Both the position numbers and the translations under genes were made by a program. From Phoronis australis (lineage: Eukaryota > Animalia > Phoronida): a stretch of 64,000 nt of DNA. The number at the start of each line of letters is the position of its first letter. Position 1 is the stretch's first letter. The notes beneath the pieces were generated by a model. It did no database searches. It saw nothing but the letters and a program-made list of their open reading frames with translations, and had not been told where the DNA came from. The stretch spans positions 767 to 64,766 of the forward strand of contig NMRA01001044.1 in NCBI GenBank assembly GCA_002633005.1, read 5' to 3'. Below are positions 1 to 13,174 of the stretch, in pieces.

Positions 1-210
1 TGTTGATTCGTAATATTTATTTTCTTTAAATTTTAGTTGGTGTATGGATCACCAAGGAAGTAAGTTTTTAACTTTTTGTGTTACCCAGATAGTGTAAATA
101 ATCCCCATTTTTTACATCTTGTACCTTTTAGTGTATTAATGTAGATGATCCAAGAAACAAATAATAACATGGTTCAATAATGGAAATTGTTAATGGCATC
201 ACTAATTTGC

Positions 211-1640
211 AAAACAAAAGCAACCCGGAGCATTGAAATGTGCCCACCAATGCACCGCAAACAGTGTGCTTCCAGGGGTGTTTAATTGGAACATAAAAAT
301 TACCACATGATGGCACAAAATACGTTGAATCCATTCGAAAACTGTTATGTGTCATGAAAGGTATTTATAAAATTTCTTAAAAATCCGTCAAGAACCTTTT
401 AAGAAACACAGGAAAATGAAAACAATAAAATTGCCACTACCAGGCTATAGAAGAAAAAATATAACTGCCACTAAGAGGCGCCACAGTAAATGAAGTCGTC
501 GGAAAATCATCGTCAGACTTCCTGTTTATTGTAGGAACATATACATGCAAATTTCCACAACCATACTAAGACTGGTTTGGTTGATAGAGGGCGGATGCCA
601 AATAATAAGACTCAAAAACAGTAAAACTGGTAACTAGGTGGTGCAAAATATCCCGAATCAAACTGAAAACGGGAGGATAGCATCAACTCAATAATAGTTT
701 CTTATCTGCCAAATTTTGTGAGAATCCGTCGATGACCAATGAACACAGACTGAAGTAAATTTTTTTTTAAAAAAATTGCCACTAAGGGGCACAACAGTAG
801 TCCGATCCATATAAAAGTTGTGTTTGTTGTCAAGCTCACATGAACACTGCAGAGGGTTCAGGATATACAACCATGGGCAAAAAAATGCCACCAGCAGGCA
901 CCACAGTTGTAGAGGTTATTGGAAAAGCTTCGTCAGCCCTCATCTTCACATTAGGAACGTACATGCCATTTCCCTTATCATCCTTAGGGTGGTTTGGTTG
1001 ACAGAGAGAGGCAGATGCCAAAAGCACACTCAAAAAGAGTAAAAATGGCCACTAGGTGTCACTCAATGCCTCGATCAAATTCAACCGCAAAACCGGAGGA
1101 TGGCATCAACCCATTATTAGAAGCCTGTCAAACTTGTTGAAAATCTGTTGACGACCTTTGAAGATGCAAAAGTATACGTAAAAAACTAATACTGCCAATA
1201 CAGGGCATACCAGTAGTCCAACCTGTCCGAAAGTCATCGAGCTCTATTGCTAACTACGTCCAGCAAAATTCAATAAAGATCCAGTAGATCGTTTACGAGA
1301 TACAGCCATGGGTGTAACAAAATAAAACTGCCAGTAGGAGGCGCCACAGCAGTCAAAGTCATCGAAAAATCATTGTTAACTGCCCTCCTCACAGTAAGAA
1401 CATATATGCCAATTTCCAAAATCATCCCTGGAGCAGTTTGGCTGACAGAGGATATGCCAAAACACAGACTCAAAAACAGTAAAAATGGCCACTAGGTTGC
1501 GCAAAGCATCTCAATCTTTCTGAAAATGGGAGGATGGCATCCTCTCACTTATAGATGCCTAAATGCCAAGTAAGGGTAAAAAACTAAAATTGCCACTAGG
1601 CAGCTCACCGGTAGTTAGAGAGGTCTGAAATTCGTCACAG
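211..1640 (-). mobile_element. HINE-like element copy (decayed, ~3 higher-order units)
   Basis: Terminal AAAACAAAAGCAACCCGGAGCATTGAAATGTGCCCAC at 211-247, with repeated monomers (GGTTTGG(T/C)TGA.AGAG, AAAATGGCCACTAGG). Confidence 0.7.
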
Positions 1641-1907
1641 GATGCTACACAAGAAAAAACTATTTTGCAAACTCATATCCCGTTTTGCAATCTAGAAATT
1701 TTGCGAGTTGGCAACAGACTTTAGAAATAACGTAACAACATCAGTCGCCACCTCAAACCAGCCTGAGGAAACTGTATGCAACTGGAAAACTGTTGTCCAA
1801 TCAATCATTTTATACTTTTCCATTATTCCTAGGAAACCTCTGACTACACATTCATCAAATTCTGACCGCTGGCCAGTCGCAATGACAAGCGGCGATAATA
1901 CACTCAC

Positions 1908-2126
1908 CTGGCTTGAGCTTCGGTGCAGCCACCTTAGACACGGCTGGCTTATCCCTGCCCACCACCCGTGGGTGCTTGGCTGATCCCACCCCCGTGGCAC
2001 CACGTCTACTCAGTGCGTCGTACTCTTCATTTCCCCATAGTTGGTATCGAAGAACTTCTTGAACCACTGTAGGAACTCAAAGTTAGCCTGGAAGCTTCCC
2101 TTCACCAATTTCGCGATGGGAATGAC
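1908..2126 (-). CDS. MAPRE1: EB1/MAPRE coding exon 4 (end of CH domain plus linker), with a 1-nt frameshift at the G4 run 2033-2036
   Basis: cacag acceptor. Reads [30 protein letters not shown]. The homologous continuation [12 protein letters not shown]...KLKP is in another frame and ends at a GTGAGT donor (1907). The unshifted frame stops at TGA 2012-2010. Remaining exons are expected beyond the left window edge. Confidence 0.88.
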
Positions 2127-2925
2127 CTGTGCATGGAGAAGCAATTCTGTTACACCAAACCGATACTCACAATAACAATAAGGCTTGCTACTAGGTGGCG
2201 TGGCAAGTTACACCGTAATGTACTGCCGATTTCCTTCAGAAATAAAGGCCAAAATTGCCTTATTTCAATTTTGAAAGTCTTCCGAGAACGTTCGGAAAGT
2301 CCGCAATTTTTAGAAAGCTTGTCCCGAAAATCGTGCAATTTTGCCAATTAGTACCATGACTTCATGAAGTGCAGAGAAGCAAACCCAGAAGTACAAATGC
2401 GAGACAAGGGTTGAGTTCCGCAAAACCGTAAGACATCACGATAAATCTTTCCTCTTAGAACACTAACATTAAATTCAAACCCATAAATTAAGGTTACATG
2501 TACCCCTAATTAAATGCTTTCATTCTTCTTCAAAAAACTAAGTAACTAGCGACTGTCAACTTGTAAAAGTGTAAATTTTCTGAAACTGGGAATCGAGACA
2601 AATTTAATAGAATCATTTACACCTCTGCACTGAAGTCACTTGAGCATGTGTTTTTGGCAAACATGTTGTTTTTTGAAATATACATAATTGATAGGGAAAA
2701 AGTCTATTCACCAGCACTCAAAAAATTTCTGCATTAAAACTTTGATGAAAATGCTCAAAAACTGTGTACAGTTAGCGCCGGGGTTTTTAATGGAATTTTT
2801 TGGGAAATAAGGGTACACGAAACTGTAACACACAACCTTGCCGACCAATAACTTCACTGACAGTCATTTTGCTCCGACAGGCTAATAGATTTTCAGTCCA
2901 GCACAGTAGAGATGGCATCACCTAC

Positions 2926-3032
2926 CTTATCACAGCCGACCTTGTTAAACGCTTCTTGGAGCAGCTTGAAATTGTTGATGTACTCTAACTCAAGTTTGGC
3001 ATCAAATTTGACTCTTTTCAGCTGGACCGCAT
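2926..3032 (-). CDS. MAPRE1: EB1/MAPRE coding exon 3 (107 nt)
   Basis: ctacag acceptor and GTAGG donor. Reads (D)[35 protein letters not shown], matching EB1 [22 protein letters not shown]..F...GVDK. Phase is compatible with the flanking exons. Confidence 0.93.
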
Positions 3033-4445
3033 CTGTAGAGAAGAAGTTCAGTAAATGAACGAATGATAGTTATGAACATATTCCACTGCTGTGTACACAA
3101 AAACATCAGTAAGAAGGAACTTGCTTTTCTTCTGTACATAACACAAACAGAAAAAAACATGAAATTACTGCTGGATTATTGTATTATCAGATGATAAACT
3201 AAAATACAACTAGATTTCTGCATATGAACTCTTCCTGGGACTCATCTAACCGCAGCCTCAGCTCAGACAGCACGTCAGAGACAAAAAAGACAGCCCATTT
3301 CAAGACAAATTTGACAGTAACAATGGCAACACGAAGAATTTTAACATTTCTGATTGATAAATTTTTTGAAACCTTTAATTCGTTGTTTTAGAATGATAGC
3401 GAGATATAAATCAAGATTACAGACTATCACTGTCTATTTTTACCATAAATGTCACAATGATGTTCGGCAAATGCTGGCAGTCTTGGTTTTCAGGGAGAGC
3501 GCCTCCCCACCCTGTGACATAACCTCATGCTGGATCCCCGCATATGGCAAGTGTCAATCTCACCCAAATTGGACAACGCTTTTCAAATCCTAGATGAGTC
3601 CCAAGTCTCCACCACAGCAAAACCTCCCAGGAGCATGAAGTGTCGCAGACCATCAACTCTTTGTTGAGGTCATCGAACAAAATTAAGATCTATACTGACA
3701 GGGCCACTGACGCCGCCTCTAAATATTTAAAAACTGCGAAGTTCGCATTATCACAACAAAAAATCTCATTTAATGGCTGAAAAATTCTCATCAAGGTTAG
3801 AATCACTATGCAAAACGTTACTTTTGGCTAATTGAGGGGTGGCATCCGGGGGTGGAAATGGTGATAAACGGAAAGGGATTTTCTCCTCAATTAAACAATT
3901 CCTCTCTCGGAAGGCACGGGCACGCTTTTCCATCTTGTGACTGGTGTCACATGCACACCTTTTTTTAGGTGGTGGCTTCTATTGTTGAACCAGCTATTTA
4001 CAAACTTAAAGGTGTAATCTTATCCACCACATTAGAAAGTACTGCACATATCCAGTAAGAAATTTGATCTCACATTATTTGAGACTGGGCATAGAAGAAT
4101 AGAAATTTTAATTCCTTGCTTTCTTGCTTGATAAAAAAGGATTTATAAACGTCTCGTGTAATGGCATTTAAAACACATTTTGGAAAGAGAAAATGAGCTA
4201 ACTATAAATCTATCACTAAGAATTTCAGTGCGCAAAGCAATCATTGAAATCAACACAGCCAAAGCAAGGAAACTACTCAGGGTTCAGTCTTGTAAATACT
4301 CTGGGTAAATATTTAAGCGCAGAGGTTGGACTCTTCAAACACTATGGCTACATATGGAATCCCACTGCAGTCTTGACAACCTTAAAAAATGAAACTCTAG
4401 AGCCAATGGCAGCACTACGTAAACTATAGAGATAAGGCCCCACGC

Positions 4446-4552
4446 AGGATCTTATTGCAGGCACCTGCCTAGCCAGAGTATATACAGGTCTAATCAGGTG
4501 CAGGATCTTATTGCAGGCACCTGCCTAGCCAGAGTATATACAGGTCTAATCA
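4446..4552. repeat. 55-bp tandem duplication in an EB1 intron
   Basis: CAGGATCTTATTGCAGGCACCTGCCTAGCCAGAGTATATACAGGTCTAATCA at 4446 and 4501. Confidence 0.95.
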
Positions 4553-4584
4553 ATGTATTGTTTCTACGCCACATTGTCACCTAC

Positions 4585-4623
4585 CTTTAAACAGCATGTC
4601 CATCAACTGGCAGTACGCAACAC
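4585..4623 (-). CDS. MAPRE1: EB1/MAPRE coding exon 2 (39 nt)
   Basis: tttttgcag acceptor and GTAGG donor. Phase 1-1, reads (G)VAYCQLMDMLFK, matching EB1 GAAYCQFMDMLFP. Confidence 0.92.
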
Positions 4624-7009
4624 CTGCAAAAAGAGAATGATGACAATGTGAAACTAATGCAGGGAATTTAAAACTTGCAATAACCTCTCAATCTGTCCAT
4701 TGTTTGAGAAACATTTAGGTTATGCAAGGCCTTATGGAGTCCATATGTCCATTGGACATGTCCCTGTGTTTAGCCAAATATCTACAAAACTATAGATTTC
4801 ACGAAGCCTGCAAAATTAAGATTTTTTACTTTAATACCAATCTGCATTAATTGGGTGATGTGACTGTATTTTAGTAAAATTTAGCCAAGGAGGAAGATAC
4901 AAGAGCAAAGCAATGGTATTAATAACATGGCCAAATTTTATTTGACATAAATATTCAAGATAAGACTTCAAAACCGCTGTTACAGTTTTCTAAACTATAA
5001 TCTAGTTTTAAGAAACTTATGAGTTTTACATGAAACTTGTAATTAAAGTTCTACTTTGTATTGTTCCTTTTGAAAAAGTGAAACATTTTAAAAACAATTC
5101 CGAACATTGTTTTGGAGAACAGTGCATGTAGCATAGCATGTGAATTTTTAATATGAATCCCATCAGCCATTCCGAGATAATATGTCTCAAAGTTAGTAAA
5201 TTTTGACAATTCTCTAGGGTCCTTATATAACCTAAACACTACAATGTGTGATAAGAATGCAAAACTCCCAGTTGGAATGGTTCGCGCATGATAATCCTAT
5301 CCTCTGAAGAATAACCCGCCAATGACTTTATTTTTCACCTTTACCCGAGTATCAGCCCACCTTTCTTACCAATGCACTTTTGTGGAATTAAATTCAAATT
5401 TCCATACAGTTCTTTAATGCGGTAGTGTTTACCTACATACCATGCTAATAGGAGACAGGGATTTTCTTGAAAAGGCTGTGTTCCAATATTTGACGAAACA
5501 ATATTACCTCGTCTGTCATATCGTGGCTCAAACCGAAGATTTTTGCCTGAAATTTCCACCCACACACCTGCATGCGGAAAATTTATCAAATACAGGACCT
5601 TAGGCCTATTTTTCAAGCCAAAGTTAAACATTTCTAGAGTTTATAAAGTTTCCAAAAATGATGGGCACCACAGTGGCACAAAAACAAGAGTTCAAATAAC
5701 AAAGCACAGTTCATCTTAGCACCTTTTTTGGTTACCTATAAAATAAAATAAATAACAAATAGAGCCACTGAGGGAGTATAATATCATCATTAAGGACAAC
5801 GGAAATCTTATTTTTTGAGTTTTTCATAGAAGACATCAAGCATCAAACTAATGCTTTATCAAGTTCAAGTTCTGTATTATAGAAGTACCATCAAAAAATA
5901 TTTTCAAAAATCGTGGGCATTCACAACAATATCAGAGGATTTTGAAAAATTAAAAAAGTGTAAATTCTGTCTAATATTTTTGTCCAAAATTGGCAAGATT
6001 TTACCGTGTTATAAATGTAACATTTTTGATGAATTATGAAACAATTAACTATAAATTGATAATAAACTTTATGAACAGACATGCTAATTAATATCAGATA
6101 ATTATTTTGAAAGTCACAATTTCTTTTCGAACAGGACTTGTAATTGTAAACAACTTGTTGTCATAAACTTTAGTATCGCACAATTTCTTCAGAAAAGCTT
6201 TAGTTCTTCTAATATCCCAGTGTAGTTCTGACAGGATATGATTGTCAAAACATGTTTTGGAAATGGGTCAGCTTTAGGTGGGTTGATTCTAAGAAACACC
6301 CACATCGATGTACTTATGCCTTGACCAGTGTCCATGGGATATTTAGTCATATCTTAGAGTTTAAATATTTGTAGAGCAGAAATAAGCGCCATTCTCAAAA
6401 GAAAAAGTTAGGAGACGAGGAAGCTGTGTAACTTTAGAGAAGATCACTGAGTGTGTAGAGTTTCAAGGAGTGTAGTCAGTCACTGACAAGGATCATACTC
6501 ATACACAAAACAAGAACTGGATGTTCATGCGTGGATAAGATCAAAGGGAGCATTTTCTGTAAGTCTCATTAGAGTTTATGATCTATGAAATATTCTAGGA
6601 TATAATATATTTTAGAATAATTTTGGTTTGGTAAATGTGATTTAAAGTTTATGTACCGACTCAGTTAGTTTTGAGTAATTTTGACTAATTTCTTAAATTG
6701 ATTTTTGTTATCTGTTGAATGTAATATTGTCATGTATTTCGAGTATTTTATGTATTTTCGTAGATTTACGGTTCTCACACAGTTCTCACAAGGATTCAAA
6801 TTTTTCACTGAGATTCCAACTGAAATTAGTAAATGAAATTATCCCGCCAAACTCGGACGTTGATTTTGTCTGTCCAATGCAGAACATTGCAATAAAATCA
6901 CAAGCAATTTTCCATCTATAAGCCAGGGCTTGTATTAGGGAAACTAAGGTGAAAACTAAACAATTTTCTGAATTTGTGGCCCGTGGCTTACTAGGGCAAA
7001 TTCCTAGTA

Positions 7010-7522
7010 CCGTATTGGCCGTGATAACTGCCCAGGGCGCTTAGAAAAATCTGTTTCAGAGGGGGGCGCTTATTATAACCCCAGGCCGTTGAAACGCGGT
7101 CTCCAAAATGGGTGAAATGGGAAGCTAAGATTCATTCTATTTACGCTCGGTGACGTATCTGTAATCTATAAAAGACTTTCTAAAAAACCGTGGTGCATTG
7201 CTATCAAACTTTGCTGCTAAATTACGATCATTTTACAGAAAATTGTGCTGAAATCCCAGGGCAAAAACTCGCCGACTGCCTGCCTCGCAATCATCGAAAC
7301 AGCGACTTGAATGCTTAAATAAAAATAGTTTCGACTCAAGCAAATTCTACAAATTCTGCGCACGATTTTTTTCAAGACTGTCGGATATTATTGATAAATT
7401 GAAGACGTTACAGTAGAGTTTAAGGACTGTACACATTCATGGACTGGGCGCTTATCTTAGCAAAATCTGAAAACGTGTGGTGGCGCTTACAGGGGCATGG
7501 GCGGTTATTACGGCGAATATGG
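7010..7522 (+). mobile_element. Tc2/pogo-like MITE (CCGTATT termini)
   Basis: TA-CCGTATTGGCCGTGATAACTGCCC ... GGGCGGTTATTACGGCGAATATGG. The interior matches 17737-19077 in inverted orientation. Confidence 0.75.
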
Positions 7523-10305
7523 AAATTAATCAGTCAGAACAATATCACTGTGATTTGAGACAAAATTTGTCTACCGCCACAAATCACTTGGCTAAACCAC
7601 CTATTTGCTAACACCTAGGGATTGCCATGTGACTAATATCGAGCGTTTTTCACTTGGAATTGTTTTTAATGTATGACTCATCGTCTGCAACTCATTCACA
7701 TGCAAACTTGAGACTCTGAGACCAAGCAAACTGAAGCTGTCCTCATCAATGATGCTACAAAAATAGCCATGAGTGGTAAATTCACCCGAAAACTCAATTG
7801 TTGCTGGTATAACTACATCACACATCTCTGCGTAGTTTCATTGAATTATGTGAACAGATTCTCTAGAAATCATCTGGAACTGCTTCACCCCAAACCATTG
7901 AAAACCCCACCCCTCTAGACCTCGTAGCAGAGAGGGGGGCAGATTAATTACAATTAGCGCGAACCATCACATGTGTGACAAATGTCATCAAGATCTGACC
8001 AGGGTTTTTTTGAGACTTCCAGTGGACACCGGTACAGGATGACAGCAATAATGTGGCCAGATGTACTGTAAACGTTCGGGTGAACGCCCATGCTCAGTTG
8101 ACCGCCCACCCCCTACTTTTGGTGGATTTTCGTTTTAACCGCCCACTGCTCGGTTAAGAGCCCCCTGCGATTTTTGAAGATTTCCAGTTAAGGGCACACC
8201 TCTCGGTTAAGCGGCCATCCCCCATATTTAAAGAATGAAGATTTAGCGCCCAGTGCTAAGGAAACGCGCGATTCCCCCGATCAATGAACACAATGACTGC
8301 AAAGACGCCGGGTCTCCAAGACGGTGGTTTAGCAATGTGAATTACAATTATACAAGTAAGGAGTTATTTTCCTGGGTCATGGACTCACTTCAAAATATAA
8401 TTAATACTTGAATGTTTTTGTCACTTTATTTTCTTCCCACGTTTGCAAAGTTTAAGAACGCCGCCAGAGTCAAAACCTCCGCTTTCAGTGACTTTGTCTG
8501 CCGCGCTGAGTTTTCGTCTGCAGTGCACTAGACACATATTCGAAAAAATCAGGCCAGAGAAATGAGACAATGGTTTTGCCAACCCTCCAAATTCTATTAA
8601 GGTGGGAAGCTCTCGTAGTTTGAACAAATCTCACAACTCACGGAAAGTTGTCAAATTCTCAATATTTTGATGAACGTAATTGCTGGGTTATAGAGGATGT
8701 TTGGCGACCGAAGGGACAGTACAAGTGCCTTACTGGGTTACCGATTTCGTTGCTGCCTATCGATTTCTGAATTGAAAGGTTGGCAATAATGTATGTTTGT
8801 GTATGATCTTGAGGTAATAAAATAAAAACTGCTAGTAAAATTTCGTTTTTCGCTTATTGCATCTCAGTCAAACTGGCGTCGGCAGATTTAACTAATGTCG
8901 CTGGCTGTTCTTTACTGTTTCTTGCGTCAGACCCAACGTCAGCGTGACTGTGTGAATTATTGTTTCCACATCCCCTTTTTAGCCATCCAGAATAATTTTG
9001 TTTATACATTGGTCAGTTTCAGACTGAACAAAAGTTCTTACCATTCTTTTGTCGAGTCTGAAATATCAACGACATAGACTGACTGAAAATTGGCGATAGT
9101 GGGTAGGAGATGCACACAGCTAGCTACGAGCATGGGCTTAGGGAGCATCAAGCTGGGAAATGTAAGAATTGACTTGACATCACAGTTTTGGGGAACATTG
9201 GCAGCGGAGGAATATCATAAAGAACTGGGTCTTTCGTAACAACAGCTTAAAAGTACATAGTCACACCCGTTCTTGTTACTTAAGACTTTCGCTATTCTCT
9301 TTTGATGTGTGACTTCATAGTGGTACACGCACGCAAGTTCCCACACTTTGGAGTGCATGCTATCTTTATGACACCAACATGTGATTGACAGGTGACTCAC
9401 ATGTAGGCCCTATGTGCGTGCTGAATCCCGCCGCTATCTTTGGCCATAAAAAACAAGATGCATATTGAAAGAGGCCATTATATTACTTGACGGCATTTCC
9501 AAGTCTCGATTGTCAGCCGACTGAGACATTGCGCGCTAACAGCAGGACCGAACAGTGCCGCAGTGCGATATTACAAGTGATATGAATAGGATAATCTGGA
9601 CATCTTGCATGAAAAATAAATGTTTTTCCACCACGAAGTTTGGTAAGGAGATCATTTAAGAATGAATTGAAACATCGCTGTTTTGTGGCGTTTTATCACA
9701 TATTTAAGCCGTGGCTCGAAATTTTATTCTTGATTGACGAGTTCCTCACGGCCGCTTATACCCGATTCTTGTCTTGGGCCTACTTCTTTGCAGAGCATGT
9801 TTGGCGCAACGGCAAGTGAGCAATGCCGGGCAGTCGAGATAAAACAGCAAGCCAGTGCGCTACAGAACCATACGCTGAAAATGTCATTGAGTCACGCAGT
9901 GTGTGCTGAAAATGTCATTGAGTCATGGAGTGTCGACTATAAACATCCCAAACACAAAAAACATTTGAATTAAAGGCGAAGGCAACCTTTTTTCATGTCA
10001 TTTTGAGCTAAATAAGGTTGGTTGGTTATCCTAGACATATTTTCCATTTAATTACAGCTTTTGTAATTTTATTAGTTACTCGTCCGCTATTCCGGAAGTG
10101 ACGTTTTAGGAGGCAAGCGTTTCCCGCCACTTGGTTTTGCGTTGAGTTTACCATGCGAATCCGTTCTGTTCTACTTTTGTTTTGTGCCGTTTTTCAACAA
10201 TTGTCGCCACCACTTTCCATCGGCGAGTATTCTGCGGCAACATAGGTTAGTAGAGAACTCAACTACGTTGGATTTAGGAATTGTTTAGTGTGTTGTAAGC
10301 TGAAA

Positions 10306-10615
10306 ATGGCTGGACTCTGTGACCCGCGTATCACATTGACAGTAGTGTGAGTGACGGAGACCTTGTTCACAGCAGTGGTGACGAGGAATTTTTTCATGGA
10401 CATTTAGTGGGTGGGTACATGTTTGAGCCCTTTTATAACGAGGCAGAGTACACACAGGCACAGGCAGCTGTTGAGAGAAACGAGGCGGCTATACTGAGGA
10501 CAGACGTGGTGACACATCTTGGTGCAAATGCACTGTGTGCGTTGTTATGCCTACCTCAAAGGAATGCTCGTGCTGTTCAGAGTTCGACGAGGCCAAGCCA
10601 CTACTGGACACGGTT
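10306..10615 (+). pseudogene. KolX-like / P2X7 ballast (nanor-like) Cys-rich ORF remnant
   Basis: Acidic N-terminus with GYMFEP, then after a frameshift GDTSWCKCTVCVVMPTSKECSCCSE (from 10508), the W-C-x-C-x2-C...E-x2-CC zinc-cluster pattern. Confidence 0.65.
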
Positions 10616-11028
10616 AAGTGGACTTCCGGCATACCACGGACAGAGGAACAACTGTCCCACTTGCCAGAGTGTCCCACGACACACTCCCACTGGATGGTGA
10701 CCTGAGCACCCAAACTGCTTACATCGGGTCGTGTGACTCCCTCGCCACACACCTGGCACCTTCTAAATAGCTCCAACACTTTAGACAAGTCCACAATAAA
10801 CTTATCAAAGTTTGGCTCACCGATCTGTTCACTGCACGACGAAGTGGCCTCTTCACTGGGTGTCGAACTGGGCCTGTAATCACTCCCACTACTCAATATC
10901 GCCGCAGGGCTGCTTAGAGGCTCTGGGCTGGAGAAAACAGCACAGGGCGAATCTCTACTGGTTCCAAGGAATGGCACGCTCTGGGGTACGTTCGGAGGCA
11001 CAGGTGACAGTAGATGAAGTGCCTCCAC
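10610..11028 (-). pseudogene. Middle region of the Kolobok transposase, truncated before the DDE core
   Basis: KFIVDLSKVLELFRRCQVCG...WECVVGHSGKWDS...GMP: CxxC ... CxxGH..W.S zinc-binding pattern of Kolobok transposases, in a different frame from the THAP ORF. Confidence 0.6.
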
Positions 11029-11404
11029 TGGCTCCAGTCACTGTACTGGCCACAGCTCGCGAGGCTTCTCGCTTCAAAAACACACTGCTCGGGGGTGGCG
11101 ACGGGGCACTGCCGGGAATCAACACAGACGGAATGGCATCCTTCTTCAGGCGTTGTTTCGCTGGGACCTTCATCAGTTCAGCGTACAAATCCCTTTCATA
11201 ATCGGACGGCCGAAAGTGTTTGCCACACACACGGTAATTCTCGACTGCTTTGTACGTTGCGTGGACGGGTAACGCTGCATTCTTCACACAAACGAGCCAA
11301 GTACGGTGAAGTGTGTCATCCATCGGAAAGCGATGCAAAGGTACTCCCAAAGCGCGCGTGAGACGATAATTAGTACATTCCGGTACGTAGTAACAGTGTG
11401 GCAT
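10955..11404 (-). CDS. THAP domain (N-terminus of the Kolobok transposase)
   Basis: MPHCYYVPECTN...LHRFP...W...VCGKHF...LKKDAIPS: C2CH zinc finger with the conserved P, W, F residues and an AVP-like box. The frame ends before any DDE domain. Confidence 0.85.
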   Translation of the reverse strand: MPHCYYVPECTNYRLTRALGVPLHRFPMDDTLHRTWLVCVKNAALPVHATYKAVENYRVCGKHFRPSDYERDLYAELMKVPAKQRLKKDAIPSVLIPGSAPSPPPSSVFLKREASRAVASTVTGASGGTSSTVTCASERTPERAIPWNQ

Positions 11405-13174
11405 GTTGACGGACTAGTAAATGAAAGCAAACGACGACAGAACTTAACACAACCGAGGGAGAACAATGACTGAGTCGGCAGCTCTCACAGTCAGACTATA
11501 TGAAAAGAAATTGGGGCGAAATGCTTGCCTGCTAAAACGTCACTTCCGAAGTAGCGGACGAGTAATTAACAAAATTACGAAAAGCTGTAAATAAGTGGAA
11601 AATATGTCTAGGATAACCAACCAACCTTATTTTAGCACAAAATGACATGAAAAAAGGTTGCCTTCACCTTTAAGGTTTTCAAACTTTTATTACAGCCAAT
11701 TTTAAAACTGCTCTCTGACTATGAACTTGGCAGCTAGTACGAGACTGTAGCCATAAATTTGAAGTTTGCTCTGAGCTCTGCAACACGTGAAGCTTGCAAG
11801 CGCGCATTTTAGCAAGATGAAATAGTTGCAATCCAAGTAGAGGCCGCATGGTCACTGTTCGTCTGCGCTCTACAGGGCAAAGTAACAAGACCGCAGGACG
11901 GCACGGGGCTATTACTCAGCAATTCTGTAAATTTAATAGTGAAATCTGAGGGCAAGAGAACCTTTGTTGGGATAGTTCGCTGTTATGACATTTTCCCGTC
12001 ATGTGGCGACGTGACGATAACGCTCTTTGAAAAGTGCTATGCGTTCCGAGTACATGTGTGGTGTGGGGACTTAAATCACGAGGTAAGACTAACTGCCCAG
12101 GGTGGTTGCCTGTCGTAATAAGCGCCCATGTTCGGTTAACCATCCACCCTGGATTTTTTGAAATTTCACATTTAAGCGCTCCTGTCTGGTTAACCACCCA
12201 CCCCCAATTTTTTGGGTTTGACAATTAAACCACCCAGGGCGTTAACCCGACCGTTTACGTTAACAAAACTGATTTCAATAACGCACATTTAATCGAAAGC
12301 GCAAGTCAGACAAAGTAAGATTCCTGAAACAGGTCATTGGCTACTGAGTGCGCATTACATCACTGCATTTCATATCGAAGTCCGACCCAAAATGTGTAAT
12401 GTGCAGATTTCGAATTTGTATCTTTTGGGTACACACGAAAACACAACGTCTCCACTGAGTACAAAGATCCAAGGGTTTCTTTGGAAATGCATTCATTAGT
12501 TTTTTTATGACATCACACTGGATAGTTTTGGTGATTTTTCAGCTTGTAGCACAAATGCTGATACCAAAACTAACTGTAACACTAATGGTCAGCTTCGAAA
12601 CTATTTAAAATTAACATGGGCCGTACTGAATATAGCTGAGAAGCGAATTAGTTCACTTAGAATAAGAACCATAATCCATGGTATGGTATGATTATCTTTG
12701 TTTACATTTAAATATCACAAAATTGACCAAAATTGTCTTTTTTAATTTTTCAACACATTCTAACATCGTTCTGAATGCCTACAATTTCTCAGAATCATTG
12801 TTCAATGGTAACCATGGTAATCGACCTTGAAATGATATATGTAATATTTATTTGGTGCTATTTATCTTTTATGAAAACATTATAAAAATTTCACTCGACA
12901 GCCAAATTATGACCTAGATTTTACATAATAATTGTGCAAGGTCAGGTCACCAAAATCTGTCAAGTACCAATTTCCTCAGAGATCAATAAGGATCCACACA
13001 ATATATATTATTGCTTCCATATTCAAATAGTTCGGTGGCGATCGGCAACTCATTTGTCATTTACTCCGAGGATGACCTCACATACCAAAATGTTGATCGA
13101 ATCATTGGAGATTCAGGGGAATCCAATAAGTCGACTGCCCTGTAGGGGAAGCTGGCTAAAGCACACCGCCTTAC

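Larger units (their letters stand above)
9974..11669 (-). mobile_element. Kolobok-type DNA transposon, internally deleted derivative
   Basis: TTAA on both sides (9970-9973, 11670-11673), AG...CT termini, and ~150-bp TIRs (AGG(C/T)GAAGGCAACCTTTTTTCATGTCATTTTG...). Two convergent ORF remnants: THAP-transposase N-terminus and a Cys-rich KolX-like ORF. Confidence 0.85.
8066..12260. mobile_element. Non-autonomous Tc2/pogo-like (Tc1/mariner superfamily) element hosting the Kolobok insertion
   Basis: TA-flanked imperfect TIRs: CTGTAAACGTTCGGGTGAACGCCC versus reverse complement ACGTAAACGGTCGGGTTAACGCCC. Multiple subterminal TAA(C/G)CGCCCA repeats at both ends. Confidence 0.7.

Noticed and set aside
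2025-2040. Programmed -1 ribosomal frameshift in EB1 (GGGAAAT heptamer)
   Set aside because: The heptamer is out of register (zero frame reads TAT GGG GAA ATG), so tandem slippage is not supported. A deletion or sequencing error is simpler.
10812-11361. Plus-strand ORFs overlapping the THAP ORF
   Set aside because: Antisense shadows of GC-richer coding sequence with no domain signature.
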